Below are positions 49,541 to 59,401 of a stretch of 64,000 nucleotides of DNA, piece by piece. Position 1 is the stretch's first letter, and each line of letters opens with the position of its first letter. Below the pieces are notes generated by a model that saw nothing but the letters and a program-made list of their open reading frames with translations, was not told where the DNA came from and ran no database searches. This stretch comes from an uncultured virus (IMG/VR IMGVR_UViG_3300010163_003618). Lineage: Duplodnaviria; Heunggongvirae; Uroviricota; Caudoviricetes. Position numbers and translations under genes: made by a program. The stretch lies in IMG/VR virus record IMGVR_UViG_3300010163_003618. One strand, 5' to 3'.

Positions 49541-50341
49541 ATGGGATTTGATATACCTATGAACACAAAAGGTGCAATGAATTTGTCAGCTATGGTTCAA
49601 GGTGGTTTAAGTGGTAATACAGGTGGAATAAGCACAAACATGGGGCAACCAAGCATGAGCCAGCCAATAAATCAAAATTTTGCACCTCAGCAACCAATGC
49701 AACAGCCCAACATGGGACAGCAAATGCAGAACTTTAATCAACAGCCTACACCTAAGCAGAGACCACAAGGAAATGGTGTTCATCTTAAGAAGGGTCAAAA
49801 GGTTGCACTTGGAGCACCTGGTCAAGTATTACAACAAATTCAAGTATGCTTAGGTTGGGATGTAACTGATGGAAGATGTGATCTTGATGCATCAGCATTT
49901 ATGCTTGGGAGTGATAATAAGGTCATTGGTGATGATTGGTTTGTATTCTACGGTCAAATAAATAGTCCTGATGGGAGTGTAATACACTCAGGTGATAGTT
50001 TAGGAGATGCAGTAGGTGATGATGAAATAATTACCGTTAATTTACCTCAAGTGAACCCTCAAGTTCAGAAAATAACATTTGTAGTTACTATAAATGAAGC
50101 ACTTGAACAAGGACTCAACTTTAGTATGGTTCAAAATGCATATGTAAGAGTAGTAGACAAGATTACAGGTCAAGAGTTAAATAAGTTTATATTAACTGAT
50201 TATTACTCAAATGTAACATCCATGGTAGTTGGTGAGATATACAAGCATAATGGTGCTTGGAAGTTTAATGCGGTTGGTGACGGCGTAGCAAAAGATCTTG
50301 CAGGACTTTGTGCAATGTATGGAGTAAACGTAGCAGATTAA
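49541..50341 (+). CDS. terD: TerD family protein with Q/P/N/M-rich N-terminal extension
   Basis: LGWD, DLDASAF, FVFY, HSGD, GDDE, WKFNAVG. Confidence 0.92.
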   Translation: MGFDIPMNTKGAMNLSAMVQGGLSGNTGGISTNMGQPSMSQPINQNFAPQQPMQQPNMGQQMQNFNQQPTPKQRPQGNGVHLKKGQKVALGAPGQVLQQIQVCLGWDVTDGRCDLDASAFMLGSDNKVIGDDWFVFYGQINSPDGSVIHSGDSLGDAVGDDEIITVNLPQVNPQVQKITFVVTINEALEQGLNFSMVQNAYVRVVDKITGQELNKFILTDYYSNVTSMVVGEIYKHNGAWKFNAVGDGVAKDLAGLCAMYGVNVAD

Positions 50342-50363
50342 GAGATGGCAGAGGTAATAAAAC

Positions 50364-51902
50364 ATGTCAGCAGTTAAGATATTTTTTACAACTTTATGTT
50401 TGTTATTAGGTGTTTTAAATCCTCTTGCTCCGCTATTGTTAATTGATGGTGGTTCATTTGATAACAATGAGAATACTGTAATAGATGAACCACCTATAAA
50501 CGCAAATATTGATGATATCATTGAGAATAATTCAGATAACATTTATAACATAAACGGTTTCCTTACTATAGAATTAGATGGATACTGTACAGTGGATATT
50601 CCACAGTCACATTGGCAATTGGTGTCATCAGACTTAAATACTATGACACAGAAATATCTTAAGTACAAAGATAATAAAACAAGAATGCTAATGGGTTATG
50701 TAACAAACTTGGATAAAGAAACAGACATACCAGGATATATAGTACAACAAGCAGCTGATGTTGATATGGTAACAAATAATAAGCAAGAAGTTGAATATAA
50801 TAATGAGACTTGGACAGTTGTTTCATCTAGTTCACCAATAGATAATTCAAATGTAGAAGTTTATTATAAGTTAGATAAAAACGGTACATCAGCATTTTGG
50901 ATGAGATTAACAAAAGACTTGGACTTAACAGACAAATATGAAGAAGAGTTTACTGAGGTTTTAAATAAGATAATCAATTCATATAATATGTATTACATAG
51001 GTGGAAATATATTTGAAACACCAACAGATGGTATATACAATGAATTAGGAATAGGTGAAAAAGATACAGGAGAGTATAAAGAAAATAATGACAATAACAC
51101 TGTATTTCAAGGTAGGGGCGGATTTATAAAAGATACTAATATATCAGATAATTGGACGGACATGGAGATCATAATAGATGATAATAAATTTAAGCTACCA
51201 TGTTCAATGGATGATTTTTATAATGCAGGATATAGCATACATGAAACAAATATTAATGGGGAAACAGTAGTTCCAGTATCAACTACTCTCTCATTTAAGA
51301 TATCAAACATTAACGGAACAGTAGTAGAAATTACAGTATCAAATGATTCAACTGATACAATAAAGACAGTCAACGAGTGCTTAGTAAAAGCACTGCTGAT
51401 AGATAGTAACGAGTTTATATCAGTATCAGAAGCAATTAATCAAGCCACAGAACAACAGCAAGTGGAGCAGCAAGTGAAGCAGCAAGTGGAGCAGCAAGTG
51501 GAACAACCCACAGAAGGTGGAATACCACTTGAAGAATATGAGAGAGATGAAAACGGAATAATAGCAGAATTAGAAAATGGTATAGAAGGCTTAGAAATTA
51601 CAGATGGTACAAACAAAACACAGAATGAAACAAACAATAATAAAGATGATTCATCTGAATCTGAATCATCAACAATAGCAAATAATAACTTAAATACACA
51701 ACATAAGTTAATATTAGCAGGTGGAATTACATGGGACATATATACAGATGACTTAAAAGAATACTATGGTGCTTGTACAACAACTAAGTATGATAGCAAT
51801 ACATTAAATCTAATATATAAAAACAATAATTACTATATGGTAATCAGAATAGGAAATTTAAAAACAATAACATCAGTTTACATCTCAACAATAGGAGAAT
51901 AA
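50364..51902 (+). CDS. Secreted/anchored acidic hypothetical protein
   Basis: Signal-like N-terminus; 512 aa. Confidence 0.65.
   Translation: MSAVKIFFTTLCLLLGVLNPLAPLLLIDGGSFDNNENTVIDEPPINANIDDIIENNSDNIYNINGFLTIELDGYCTVDIPQSHWQLVSSDLNTMTQKYLKYKDNKTRMLMGYVTNLDKETDIPGYIVQQAADVDMVTNNKQEVEYNNETWTVVSSSSPIDNSNVEVYYKLDKNGTSAFWMRLTKDLDLTDKYEEEFTEVLNKIINSYNMYYIGGNIFETPTDGIYNELGIGEKDTGEYKENNDNNTVFQGRGGFIKDTNISDNWTDMEIIIDDNKFKLPCSMDDFYNAGYSIHETNINGETVVPVSTTLSFKISNINGTVVEITVSNDSTDTIKTVNECLVKALLIDSNEFISVSEAINQATEQQQVEQQVKQQVEQQVEQPTEGGIPLEEYERDENGIIAELENGIEGLEITDGTNKTQNETNNNKDDSSESESSTIANNNLNTQHKLILAGGITWDIYTDDLKEYYGACTTTKYDSNTLNLIYKNNNYYMVIRIGNLKTITSVYISTIGE
51456..51503 (+). repeat. 12-bp coding tandem repeat CAGCAAGTG(G/A)A(G/A) x4 (QQVE)
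   Basis: Read directly from sequence. Confidence 0.85.
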
Positions 51903-51970
51903 ATAACAAATATAAATGAATTATAATCATTTATAGATAAATTAAAAATTAATGTAAAAGGAGAAAACAC

Positions 51971-52846
51971 ATGCTTAAACTTGAAACAGTCAACGAATTG
52001 ACATTGAAGGTTACATCAGATGGTACTGGGCAAGATGTATTATTCACAAAAGCAGGTGCTTTCATAGCTGGTGAGTGTTATGGGCAAAAGAACTACCAGT
52101 TTGAAAAAGTGCTGTTAGGTCCTGAGGGTAACCCTATGGCAGGGTTAATGCACCAGATTACAAGAAGGTTTACTGGTGAAAATCTTCCATTGATGAAGGT
52201 AACAATGAGAGGTCAAAGTATTACATACTATGCTAATCAACAACAGCATGTAGTAGTATATAGGCTCAATCCTGGTGAGGAAATCTCAGTAGAATCTGAA
52301 AACATTTTAGCATTTACACCTGATTGTAAATATAGTGTAAGATTTCTAGCACAAGGCGTTATATCACAGAAGGGGTTAGCAACCAGTACCTTAACTGCTC
52401 AGGGACCTAATGCTTATGTGGCAGTAATAATTGATGGAAATCCTATAGTTATCAGCAATGTACAAAATGGTTCAACACTTGAAGTAGATCCAGATGCTGT
52501 AGTTTGTTGGGTAGGACAAAAGGGACAGTGTGATCCTGGCTTTAAGCTCGATTTATCATGGAAGAATATAATAGGGCAAGCATCAGGTGAAAGCTATATG
52601 TTTGAATGGAGCGGTAATCGTAGGGCTACTGTCATTGTACAGCCTAATGAGCGTCAATCAGGTATTAATATTGGTATGGATGGTGGTTCTAGCGGACAAA
52701 GGGCATCCAGACAGCAAAATCAGACATTTAGTCAGGCAGGTCAATCTATAGGACAGACATTAGGTCAGGTAGGTGGAATGCTAGGAGGGGGCAATGGTGG
52801 AAACGGCGGAGGCCTCGGAGGTATGATAGGAGGCTTATTCCAGTAA
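51971..52846 (+). CDS. AIM24 family protein with G/Q-rich tail
   Basis: KAGAFIA, TGENLPLM, VESENILAF, VDPDAVV, SGESY, VIVQP. Confidence 0.85.
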   Translation: MLKLETVNELTLKVTSDGTGQDVLFTKAGAFIAGECYGQKNYQFEKVLLGPEGNPMAGLMHQITRRFTGENLPLMKVTMRGQSITYYANQQQHVVVYRLNPGEEISVESENILAFTPDCKYSVRFLAQGVISQKGLATSTLTAQGPNAYVAVIIDGNPIVISNVQNGSTLEVDPDAVVCWVGQKGQCDPGFKLDLSWKNIIGQASGESYMFEWSGNRRATVIVQPNERQSGINIGMDGGSSGQRASRQQNQTFSQAGQSIGQTLGQVGGMLGGGNGGNGGGLGGMIGGLFQ

Positions 52847-52868
52847 TCATAAGATCAATATAGATTTA

Positions 52869-52908
52869 ATATGGAGTATGATAATAGTGTTGTCATACTC
52901 CATATTTA
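52869..52908 (+). terminator. Hairpin/terminator
   Basis: ATATGGAGTATGATAA/TTGTCATACTCCATAT. Confidence 0.7.
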
Positions 52909-53042
52909 ATGAAAGGGGCATGTACTAAATAGACATATAATAAGTTATATTAGGCTGACATATTTAATAAATGACATAAAAATATACATTATAATATCTA
53001 GAGTTAGAAATTTTAATTAAAATACAAAAGGAGAATAATTCA

Positions 53043-53756
53043 ATGTCAGCAATCAATTTGAGTAAGGTAACAGTCAACCTTAGTAAGGGTGAAAAGGTAA
53101 ATCTATCTAAGGCATCCAATAATTTGAATAAGATTATGGTGGCTTTAGGATGGGATCCAGTAGAGCCTGAGGTAGAAACAGTAGTAGAAAAGGTGAAGCC
53201 TGGTTTCTTTGCAAAACTCTTTGGGGCACAAGAGAAAGAAGTAACAAGACAGATAAGAGTAAGCAAGTCAACAGAGGATTATGATCTTGATGCATGGATT
53301 GCATTGGAAAGAAAAGGCAAGATTGAAAGAATTCAAGATGTAGTTTATTACGGCAATCTTGCATTCTACGATGACGACAATATTTTAATCATTAAGCATC
53401 ATGGTGATAATCTTACAGGACAAGGTGCAGCAAACAGTGATAAGGAACAAATTACATTTAATCTTGAGCATATTCCTTCTAAATATGACAAGATTCTTGT
53501 AGCTGTTACAATATACAGAGGAAAAGAGAGACATCAGTCTTTTGGAATTGTAAAGAATACCTTTGTAAGAGTAGTAGATATGAATGATAATTTTGAAATC
53601 TGTCGATACAGTCAGGCAGACATGTCTGATAATCCTGATGCAATCAGTTTTATTGCAGGGGAGTTCTGCAGAGAAGGTGGTACATGGCAATTTAAGGCTA
53701 TTGGTGAATGCACTAAAGATGGAAGTATTACAGATGTAATTGCCAGATACCAATAG
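53043..53756 (+). CDS. TerD family protein (TerZ/YceC-like)
   Basis: LGWD, GFFAKLFG insert, DLDA, HHGDNLTG, WQFKAIG. Confidence 0.9.
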   Translation: MSAINLSKVTVNLSKGEKVNLSKASNNLNKIMVALGWDPVEPEVETVVEKVKPGFFAKLFGAQEKEVTRQIRVSKSTEDYDLDAWIALERKGKIERIQDVVYYGNLAFYDDDNILIIKHHGDNLTGQGAANSDKEQITFNLEHIPSKYDKILVAVTIYRGKERHQSFGIVKNTFVRVVDMNDNFEICRYSQADMSDNPDAISFIAGEFCREGGTWQFKAIGECTKDGSITDVIARYQ

Positions 53757-53783
53757 AAAATACATAGGAGAGGTGGTATAAAA

Positions 53784-55028
53784 ATGTCGATTTCACTTAA
53801 AAAAGGTGGAACGGTATCATTAAGTAAGGAAGCAACTAAGCTAGGTATACAGTCACTTTCAAAAGTAGCAGTAGGACTTGGATGGGATTGTAATGTGGCA
53901 TCTGGTAAAACCTTTGATCTTGACGCATGGGCATTTATGGTAATAAATAATGAAGTCAAGAGAAAGAATCTAGTGTATTTTGCAAATACATCCGACCAGT
54001 ATGGAAGTATACATCATATGGGGGATAACCTGACAGGTAAAGGTGAGGGTGATGATGAAACAATTCAGATAAACCTTGACAAGGTACCTATGAAGTGTGA
54101 CAGAATACTTATTGGAGTTACCATTTACCATGGTGTATCTAAGGGGCAGTCATTCAAGGATGTAAACAATACATTCATAAGAATATATGATACTATATCA
54201 GGTATTGAAATCTGTAAGTATGCAGATGAATTTAAAGGTAACCTAGGGGATAGCGTAAGCATGTTATTTGGTATGCTATACAGAGATAGTGATCAGTGGA
54301 AGTTTATGTCAATGGGTGTGGGCTCTAAGATAGCCCAAATAACCAGTTTAATAAATGCATATGGAATGTATGCATCTATTAATATAAAAGAGTTAGATAA
54401 CAATAACAATCCAAATCAAGGAGGAAAGAAAAGAATGGCAGTATCATTAAGTAAAGGTGGCAAGGTTAGTCTTGCTAAGGTTGCACAGGATGCAGGCATT
54501 GCAGGAGGTTTATCTAAGATTACAGTGGGTCTTGGATGGGATGTAAACAGATACGATGGCGGTGCTGACTTCGATCTCGACGCAGCAGCATTTTTGTTAG
54601 GCACAAATGGCAAGGTAAGAAACGAAGCCGACTTTGTGTTCTATAATAATAAGAATGGTGCAGGTGTAATGCATACAGGAGATAACAGGACTGGTGCCGG
54701 TGAAGGTGATGATGAGCAGATTAAGGTTGATCTTACTGCAATTCCAGCAGATGTAGACAAGATTGCTTTCACTGTAACCATTGATCAGGCAGACGAGCGT
54801 CACGAGAATTTTGGTATGGTTGAAAATTCTTTTATTAGACTTGTGGATGATACAACAGGTACCGAGTTGTTGAGATATGACCTTGGGGAGGACTTCTCCA
54901 TCGAAACGGCAGTTGTGGTAGCAGAGTTGTACCGTAACAACGGTGAATGGAAGTTCAATGCAATTGGATCAGGATTCTCTGGAGGTTTGGCAGCATTGTG
55001 CAACAACTATGGCATCCAGGTAGGATAA
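53784..55028 (+). CDS. terD: Tandem two-domain TerD protein with internal start at 54435
   Basis: Two full TerD domains in one frame; AAGGAGG SD precedes in-frame ATG 54435. Confidence 0.9.
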   Translation: MSISLKKGGTVSLSKEATKLGIQSLSKVAVGLGWDCNVASGKTFDLDAWAFMVINNEVKRKNLVYFANTSDQYGSIHHMGDNLTGKGEGDDETIQINLDKVPMKCDRILIGVTIYHGVSKGQSFKDVNNTFIRIYDTISGIEICKYADEFKGNLGDSVSMLFGMLYRDSDQWKFMSMGVGSKIAQITSLINAYGMYASINIKELDNNNNPNQGGKKRMAVSLSKGGKVSLAKVAQDAGIAGGLSKITVGLGWDVNRYDGGADFDLDAAAFLLGTNGKVRNEADFVFYNNKNGAGVMHTGDNRTGAGEGDDEQIKVDLTAIPADVDKIAFTVTIDQADERHENFGMVENSFIRLVDDTTGTELLRYDLGEDFSIETAVVVAELYRNNGEWKFNAIGSGFSGGLAALCNNYGIQVG

Positions 55029-55206
55029 TGCCAAAAGTCTAAGGGCACCTAAAATAGCGGTGCCCTCTGTTAAAGATTAAGGGTCATTAATACACTAAAT
55101 CTTAAAACAGTTTTCATACATATTAAATTAAAATGTAAGTACATGATACTAACAATGATACATAATCATTGTGTGTATAGATAATTAAAATCAAGGAGGA
55201 CATTTT

Positions 55207-55842
55207 ATGATTACGAAAGGCTACAATTCTAATAACTCAAACAGTAGTGTTATTAACTTATCAAAGGGTAACAAAATCAATCTGTCTAAGGAGGCTCCTG
55301 GACTTAAGAAGATCATGGTAGGATTAGGGTGGGATACCCAAAAGTATGATGGAGCAGATGACTTTGACCTTGACGCAAGCGTATTCCTTGTAAATAAGTA
55401 TAACAGAACCACAGCAGATGGCTTTGTATTCTACAATAACTTGAAGGGGCCCAATGATTCAGTTATTCATCAGGGAGACAACAGGGACGGTTCAGATATA
55501 GCTGGCATGGATGATGACGAGCAGATTTACATTGATCTGGACAAGGTACCTGAGGATATCGAGAAGATAGCAATTACTGTTACAATAGATCAGGCAGATA
55601 AGAGGGGTGGCCAAAACTTTGGTATGGTAGAAAATGCTTACCTGCGCCTGTTAGATACCGAGACAGGCAAAGAAGTGGTTCACTTCGACCTTGGTGAGGA
55701 GTTCTCCATTGAAACAGCAATCGTAGTAGGAGAAGTTTACAAGCACAATGGGGACTGGAAGTTCAACGCTATTGCTAAGGGATTCAGTGGTGGTCTGTTA
55801 GCACTCTGCAGAAACTATGGATTAGACGCTGAATACAGATAA
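55207..55842 (+). CDS. terD: TerD family protein
   Basis: GLGWD, FDLDAS, FVFYNN, HQGDNRDG, DDEQI, WKFNAI. Confidence 0.93.
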   Translation: MITKGYNSNNSNSSVINLSKGNKINLSKEAPGLKKIMVGLGWDTQKYDGADDFDLDASVFLVNKYNRTTADGFVFYNNLKGPNDSVIHQGDNRDGSDIAGMDDDEQIYIDLDKVPEDIEKIAITVTIDQADKRGGQNFGMVENAYLRLLDTETGKEVVHFDLGEEFSIETAIVVGEVYKHNGDWKFNAIAKGFSGGLLALCRNYGLDAEYR

Positions 55843-55864
55843 GATCAACAAAATAACAAACAAG

Positions 55865-55896
55865 TGGGGTGTGCCAAAGGCATGCCCCATTTTTTA
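55865..55896 (+). terminator. Terminator closing the Ter region
   Basis: TGGGGTGTGCC/GGCATGCCCCA plus T-tract. Confidence 0.85.
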
Positions 55897-56109
55897 TTAC
55901 AGTTGGAAACTAACCAATAAATGACCACTTTAATATTTTATTAAGCAATTTTGTAGCCCTATTAAGATTTGTAATAATTCTGTAATAACTCCAATATGCA
56001 TGTACTCAAAATTTTAGCCTATTATTATACATAAAGTTATATATAATTGATTTTAATATTTAATTAAAAAATATGAAAATTTAAGTAACAGTGATTATTG
56101 GAGGATAAC

Positions 56110-56946
56110 ATGAGAAATAAATTTATAAAGCTTGCTATTCCATATTCTTTACTTATAGCAATTGTACCTACAAACATATTTACATATGCAACTACAGATA
56201 TAGAATATGTAGAGCAAGTATATTCAACCGTAGATTTACCAGAATTACAACTTGTAGCAGAGGAAGATTTAAGCAATAACATAGAAAATAAGCAATTAGT
56301 TAGCATAGATGATATAGCAGTCAACAGTCCAACAGAGGGAAGCATAGAACCAATCATAATGGCAAGAGGGATAATGCCAATTCAATATGACGAAACAAAG
56401 CAACAATACATATATGAGACAATAACAGAAGACGCAGAACAAATACCAGAGGAGCAAGAGGTAGAAAAACAAGAAGTTGTAACAGAGTCAGCTGAATCAG
56501 TAACAACAATCATAACAACAAACATAAGTCAAGAAAACGCATTACTAGAAATAAGCAATCCAGATGAAAATTATACAGGTGCAATAGTAGAATTATCACC
56601 AGAAGATAGAAATTTACTAGAACATTTGGTAATGGGAGAATCAGGTGGAATAGATGTAGAAGCAGCAGCTCTTGTTGCCCAAGCAATAAGAGATGCTATG
56701 GTATACAAGGGGTATGAATCAGTAGCAGCAGTTAGAGAAGGCTTAAGTTACAGCGGAAGTATAAAGAAGGAGCCTAATCAAAATGTGCTGGATGCATGTG
56801 CTTATATATTTGATGAGGGTGGAATGGCAGTACAACATGAAATAATATACTTTTATGCACCTAAAAGAGTGGATTCAAGTTGGCATGAAAGTCAAAATTT
56901 TATAATAGAATATGGTGGGCATAGATTTTTTAGTTCTAACAAATAA
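56110..56946 (+). CDS. SleB-like (Hydrolase_2) cell wall hydrolase with signal peptide
   Basis: LLEHLVMGESG, ALVAQAIRD, YFYAP, C-terminal GGHRFF. Confidence 0.8.
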   Translation: MRNKFIKLAIPYSLLIAIVPTNIFTYATTDIEYVEQVYSTVDLPELQLVAEEDLSNNIENKQLVSIDDIAVNSPTEGSIEPIIMARGIMPIQYDETKQQYIYETITEDAEQIPEEQEVEKQEVVTESAESVTTIITTNISQENALLEISNPDENYTGAIVELSPEDRNLLEHLVMGESGGIDVEAAALVAQAIRDAMVYKGYESVAAVREGLSYSGSIKKEPNQNVLDACAYIFDEGGMAVQHEIIYFYAPKRVDSSWHESQNFIIEYGGHRFFSSNK

Positions 56947-56970
56947 TTAATAATAAAATGTAATTAACTA

Positions 56971-56999
56971 TTGACAAAATAAGAAAAATATGATATAAT
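56971..56999 (+). promoter_or_regulatory. sigmaA-type promoter
   Basis: TTGACA-17 nt-TATAAT with TG extension. Confidence 0.85.
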
Positions 57000-57028
57000 G
57001 AAAGAAAAAATAAAGAACATTAAAAAAC

Positions 57029-57409
57029 ATGACAGACACAGATACTAAATATTACAAAATTATAGTAAATACAAACATTAAAGAACATAATGTGCATCCT
57101 GCATATTCCACATCAAGTAAATATCTTAATGCTGATGACATTAAATGTCACATAACTAATTGTATTTATAGGCTTGAACTTAGCAGATATACAAAAATAT
57201 CGGATATTAAAGTATGTGAGATAACAAAAGCTGAATCACAAAAATTACCTTCAATTGATAAATTATACAAGCCATTAATAGAATCAGACAAAAAGATGAT
57301 ATGGGGAGCAGAGGAAGAAAGGCTTCGTATGCAAGGTGTAAAGCACATTAAACTTGATTTATTCTTCAAAAAATTAGATAAAATATTTGATTATAGTGAT
57401 GATGAATAA
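57029..57409 (+). CDS. Hypothetical protein
   Basis: 126 aa ORF. Confidence 0.55.
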   Translation: MTDTDTKYYKIIVNTNIKEHNVHPAYSTSSKYLNADDIKCHITNCIYRLELSRYTKISDIKVCEITKAESQKLPSIDKLYKPLIESDKKMIWGAEEERLRMQGVKHIKLDLFFKKLDKIFDYSDDE

Positions 57410-57431
57410 CATTAATATAAGGAGTACCACA

Positions 57432-58205
57432 ATGAATGATACAAGAGAGGCATTTCCAGAATTTCCAAAACCAGCTATTGCAATAGACACAGTGCTATTA
57501 AGGGTAAGTGATTATACTGAAGATACAAATAGACATGTAGCACAAAAGAGAATGCAAGTACTTTTAATTAAGGACAAAGCATTAAATGATAGAAGACTGG
57601 ATGACTTGTGGCATTTGCCTGGGACTATACTTCGATTAGGTGAAACACCTATGGATGCCATAAACAGGATTATAGTAAATAAAACTAATATCAATGATGC
57701 TTATTATGAGCAGCTCTATACTATAGCAGACGACATAAATAGAGATAATCGAGGACATATTATATCTATAGTTTATATAGGTATAGTAAATAGCAATGAA
57801 GAAATAGTATTGCCTGAAGATTATCAATATGAAGCAGAGTGGGCATGGATAAATAAACCTTTACCAATTGATGACACAAGTAATAAAAAGGCAAGAAGCT
57901 TTTATTTTGAACAATTAAGTGAAGTTATACATGACTTAAGGTATGACCACGTTGAAATAATAAATGATACCATTGAAAGAATTAAAAATAAATTAATGTA
58001 TACAGATATAGGGTTTAAATTCCTTAATAAAATATTTACTATCAAAAGTCTAGAAAATACTTTTGAAGCAATAAATGAAAGAAATATTCCTGGTTTTAGG
58101 AGAATCATCTCAAATAAAATTGAACCTACTGGAATTTTAAGTGCAGGCAAGGCTTACAGACCTGCTGCGCTCTATAAGAAAAAAGAAGTGACATTGGATA
58201 ACTAA
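57432..58205 (+). CDS. nrtR: NrtR-like Nudix plus winged-helix protein
   Basis: WHLPG with degenerate Nudix box, EQLYT, RDNRG, YDH, FTI, FRR, RPAALY; AAGGAG SD before 57432. Confidence 0.8.
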   Translation: MNDTREAFPEFPKPAIAIDTVLLRVSDYTEDTNRHVAQKRMQVLLIKDKALNDRRLDDLWHLPGTILRLGETPMDAINRIIVNKTNINDAYYEQLYTIADDINRDNRGHIISIVYIGIVNSNEEIVLPEDYQYEAEWAWINKPLPIDDTSNKKARSFYFEQLSEVIHDLRYDHVEIINDTIERIKNKLMYTDIGFKFLNKIFTIKSLENTFEAINERNIPGFRRIISNKIEPTGILSAGKAYRPAALYKKKEVTLDN

Positions 58206-58276
58206 CCTAGGAATTAGAAAAATAAAAAATTTGATGCCATAGGATAGGCATATTTTATTAAGAAAGCATAATAGAT

Positions 58277-58501
58277 ATGAATAAAATCATTGTATTGTTT
58301 GTGAAAAGCCAAGAAGATGGAAAAGTCAAAATGCTTAAATGGAATAATGAAGAAGAGTTTTCAATGGCATTAAAAACTGGTATAGGAATACCTGAGATGA
58401 ATGACATTATCACAGAAGCTTGGATAACAGACAACTTAGTAGATATAGGTAACACATTTGAAGTAACATTAAACAAATTAAAATTGGTATTGGACATTTG
58501 A
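58277..58501 (+). CDS. Hypothetical protein
   Basis: 74 aa ORF. Confidence 0.5.
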   Translation: MNKIIVLFVKSQEDGKVKMLKWNNEEEFSMALKTGIGIPEMNDIITEAWITDNLVDIGNTFEVTLNKLKLVLDI

Positions 58502-58564
58502 TGTTAAGTTTGGTATTTTATATTAATAAAAGATATAAAATGCCAAATTTAGTATACAAAGATA

Positions 58565-58594
58565 TTGACAAAATGTATATAAGTGTGATATAAT
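58565..58594 (+). promoter_or_regulatory. sigmaA-type promoter upstream of the pncA operon
   Basis: TTGACA-18 nt-TATAAT with TG extension. Confidence 0.75.
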
Positions 58595-58629
58595 GTGTAA
58601 TATAAGAAATAAGAAAGGAAAGTTCTAAA

Positions 58630-59379
58630 ATGTTAGAGAAAATTAACATTACAGACATTGACAAATTGCATATTACACGAGTAAAATTTTTAAAAATACA
58701 TTTTACTTATGATGGTATCAAGTATATGCTTATAGAAGATGGAGAGGAAGATGCTCACATAAGCCTTTACAAAAGAGTATATACAGATGACAACCGGTTA
58801 AAAAATGTGCACATAAACGGTAAAATCACACTTATGCACACATATTCATTCATAAAAGATGTGTCAAAAAGTAAACCCAGAAATACAACATATGCTTGTA
58901 TAGACAAGCAGTATTTTGTAAAGAAGCTCGTAGAACTTGGATTTGCATATGGGATTTATGAAGAGTCATATAATGAATACAAGCAAAAAGTGGATGAAAT
59001 TAACGAACTCATCCAGAAACTTCAAGACGAAAAGAACCAGCTTAAAGACAAATGGGAGAAAACCAGTGGGCATGGTTCAAAAACAGATAGCATTGCTCAT
59101 AAGTTCAAAATTCGTGCATGTGAACGTGTTAAAGGCGCAAAAGACGGTGACTGGTGCAAGAGATTTAAAACACCTTATGGATCAACCAGCAAAGAATATG
59201 GTGGAACACTTACAGATTTGTTTAACTTGCCATATGGCACATATTTTCATGTAGAAAATGGCGGATATGATGCATGTATTAGTTATGATGGGTGCGGAAA
59301 TAAGACAATTATAACACCTGAATCTGAAGTAAAGCTAACTAAAGAGAATTGTTCAGCATATATAACATTATATCAATAA
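58630..59379 (+). CDS. Hypothetical protein with central coiled coil
   Basis: 249 aa ORF. Confidence 0.6.
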   Translation: MLEKINITDIDKLHITRVKFLKIHFTYDGIKYMLIEDGEEDAHISLYKRVYTDDNRLKNVHINGKITLMHTYSFIKDVSKSKPRNTTYACIDKQYFVKKLVELGFAYGIYEESYNEYKQKVDEINELIQKLQDEKNQLKDKWEKTSGHGSKTDSIAHKFKIRACERVKGAKDGDWCKRFKTPYGSTSKEYGGTLTDLFNLPYGTYFHVENGGYDACISYDGCGNKTIITPESEVKLTKENCSAYITLYQ

Positions 59380-59401
59380 CATTAAATAGGAGGCATTAAA
59401 A

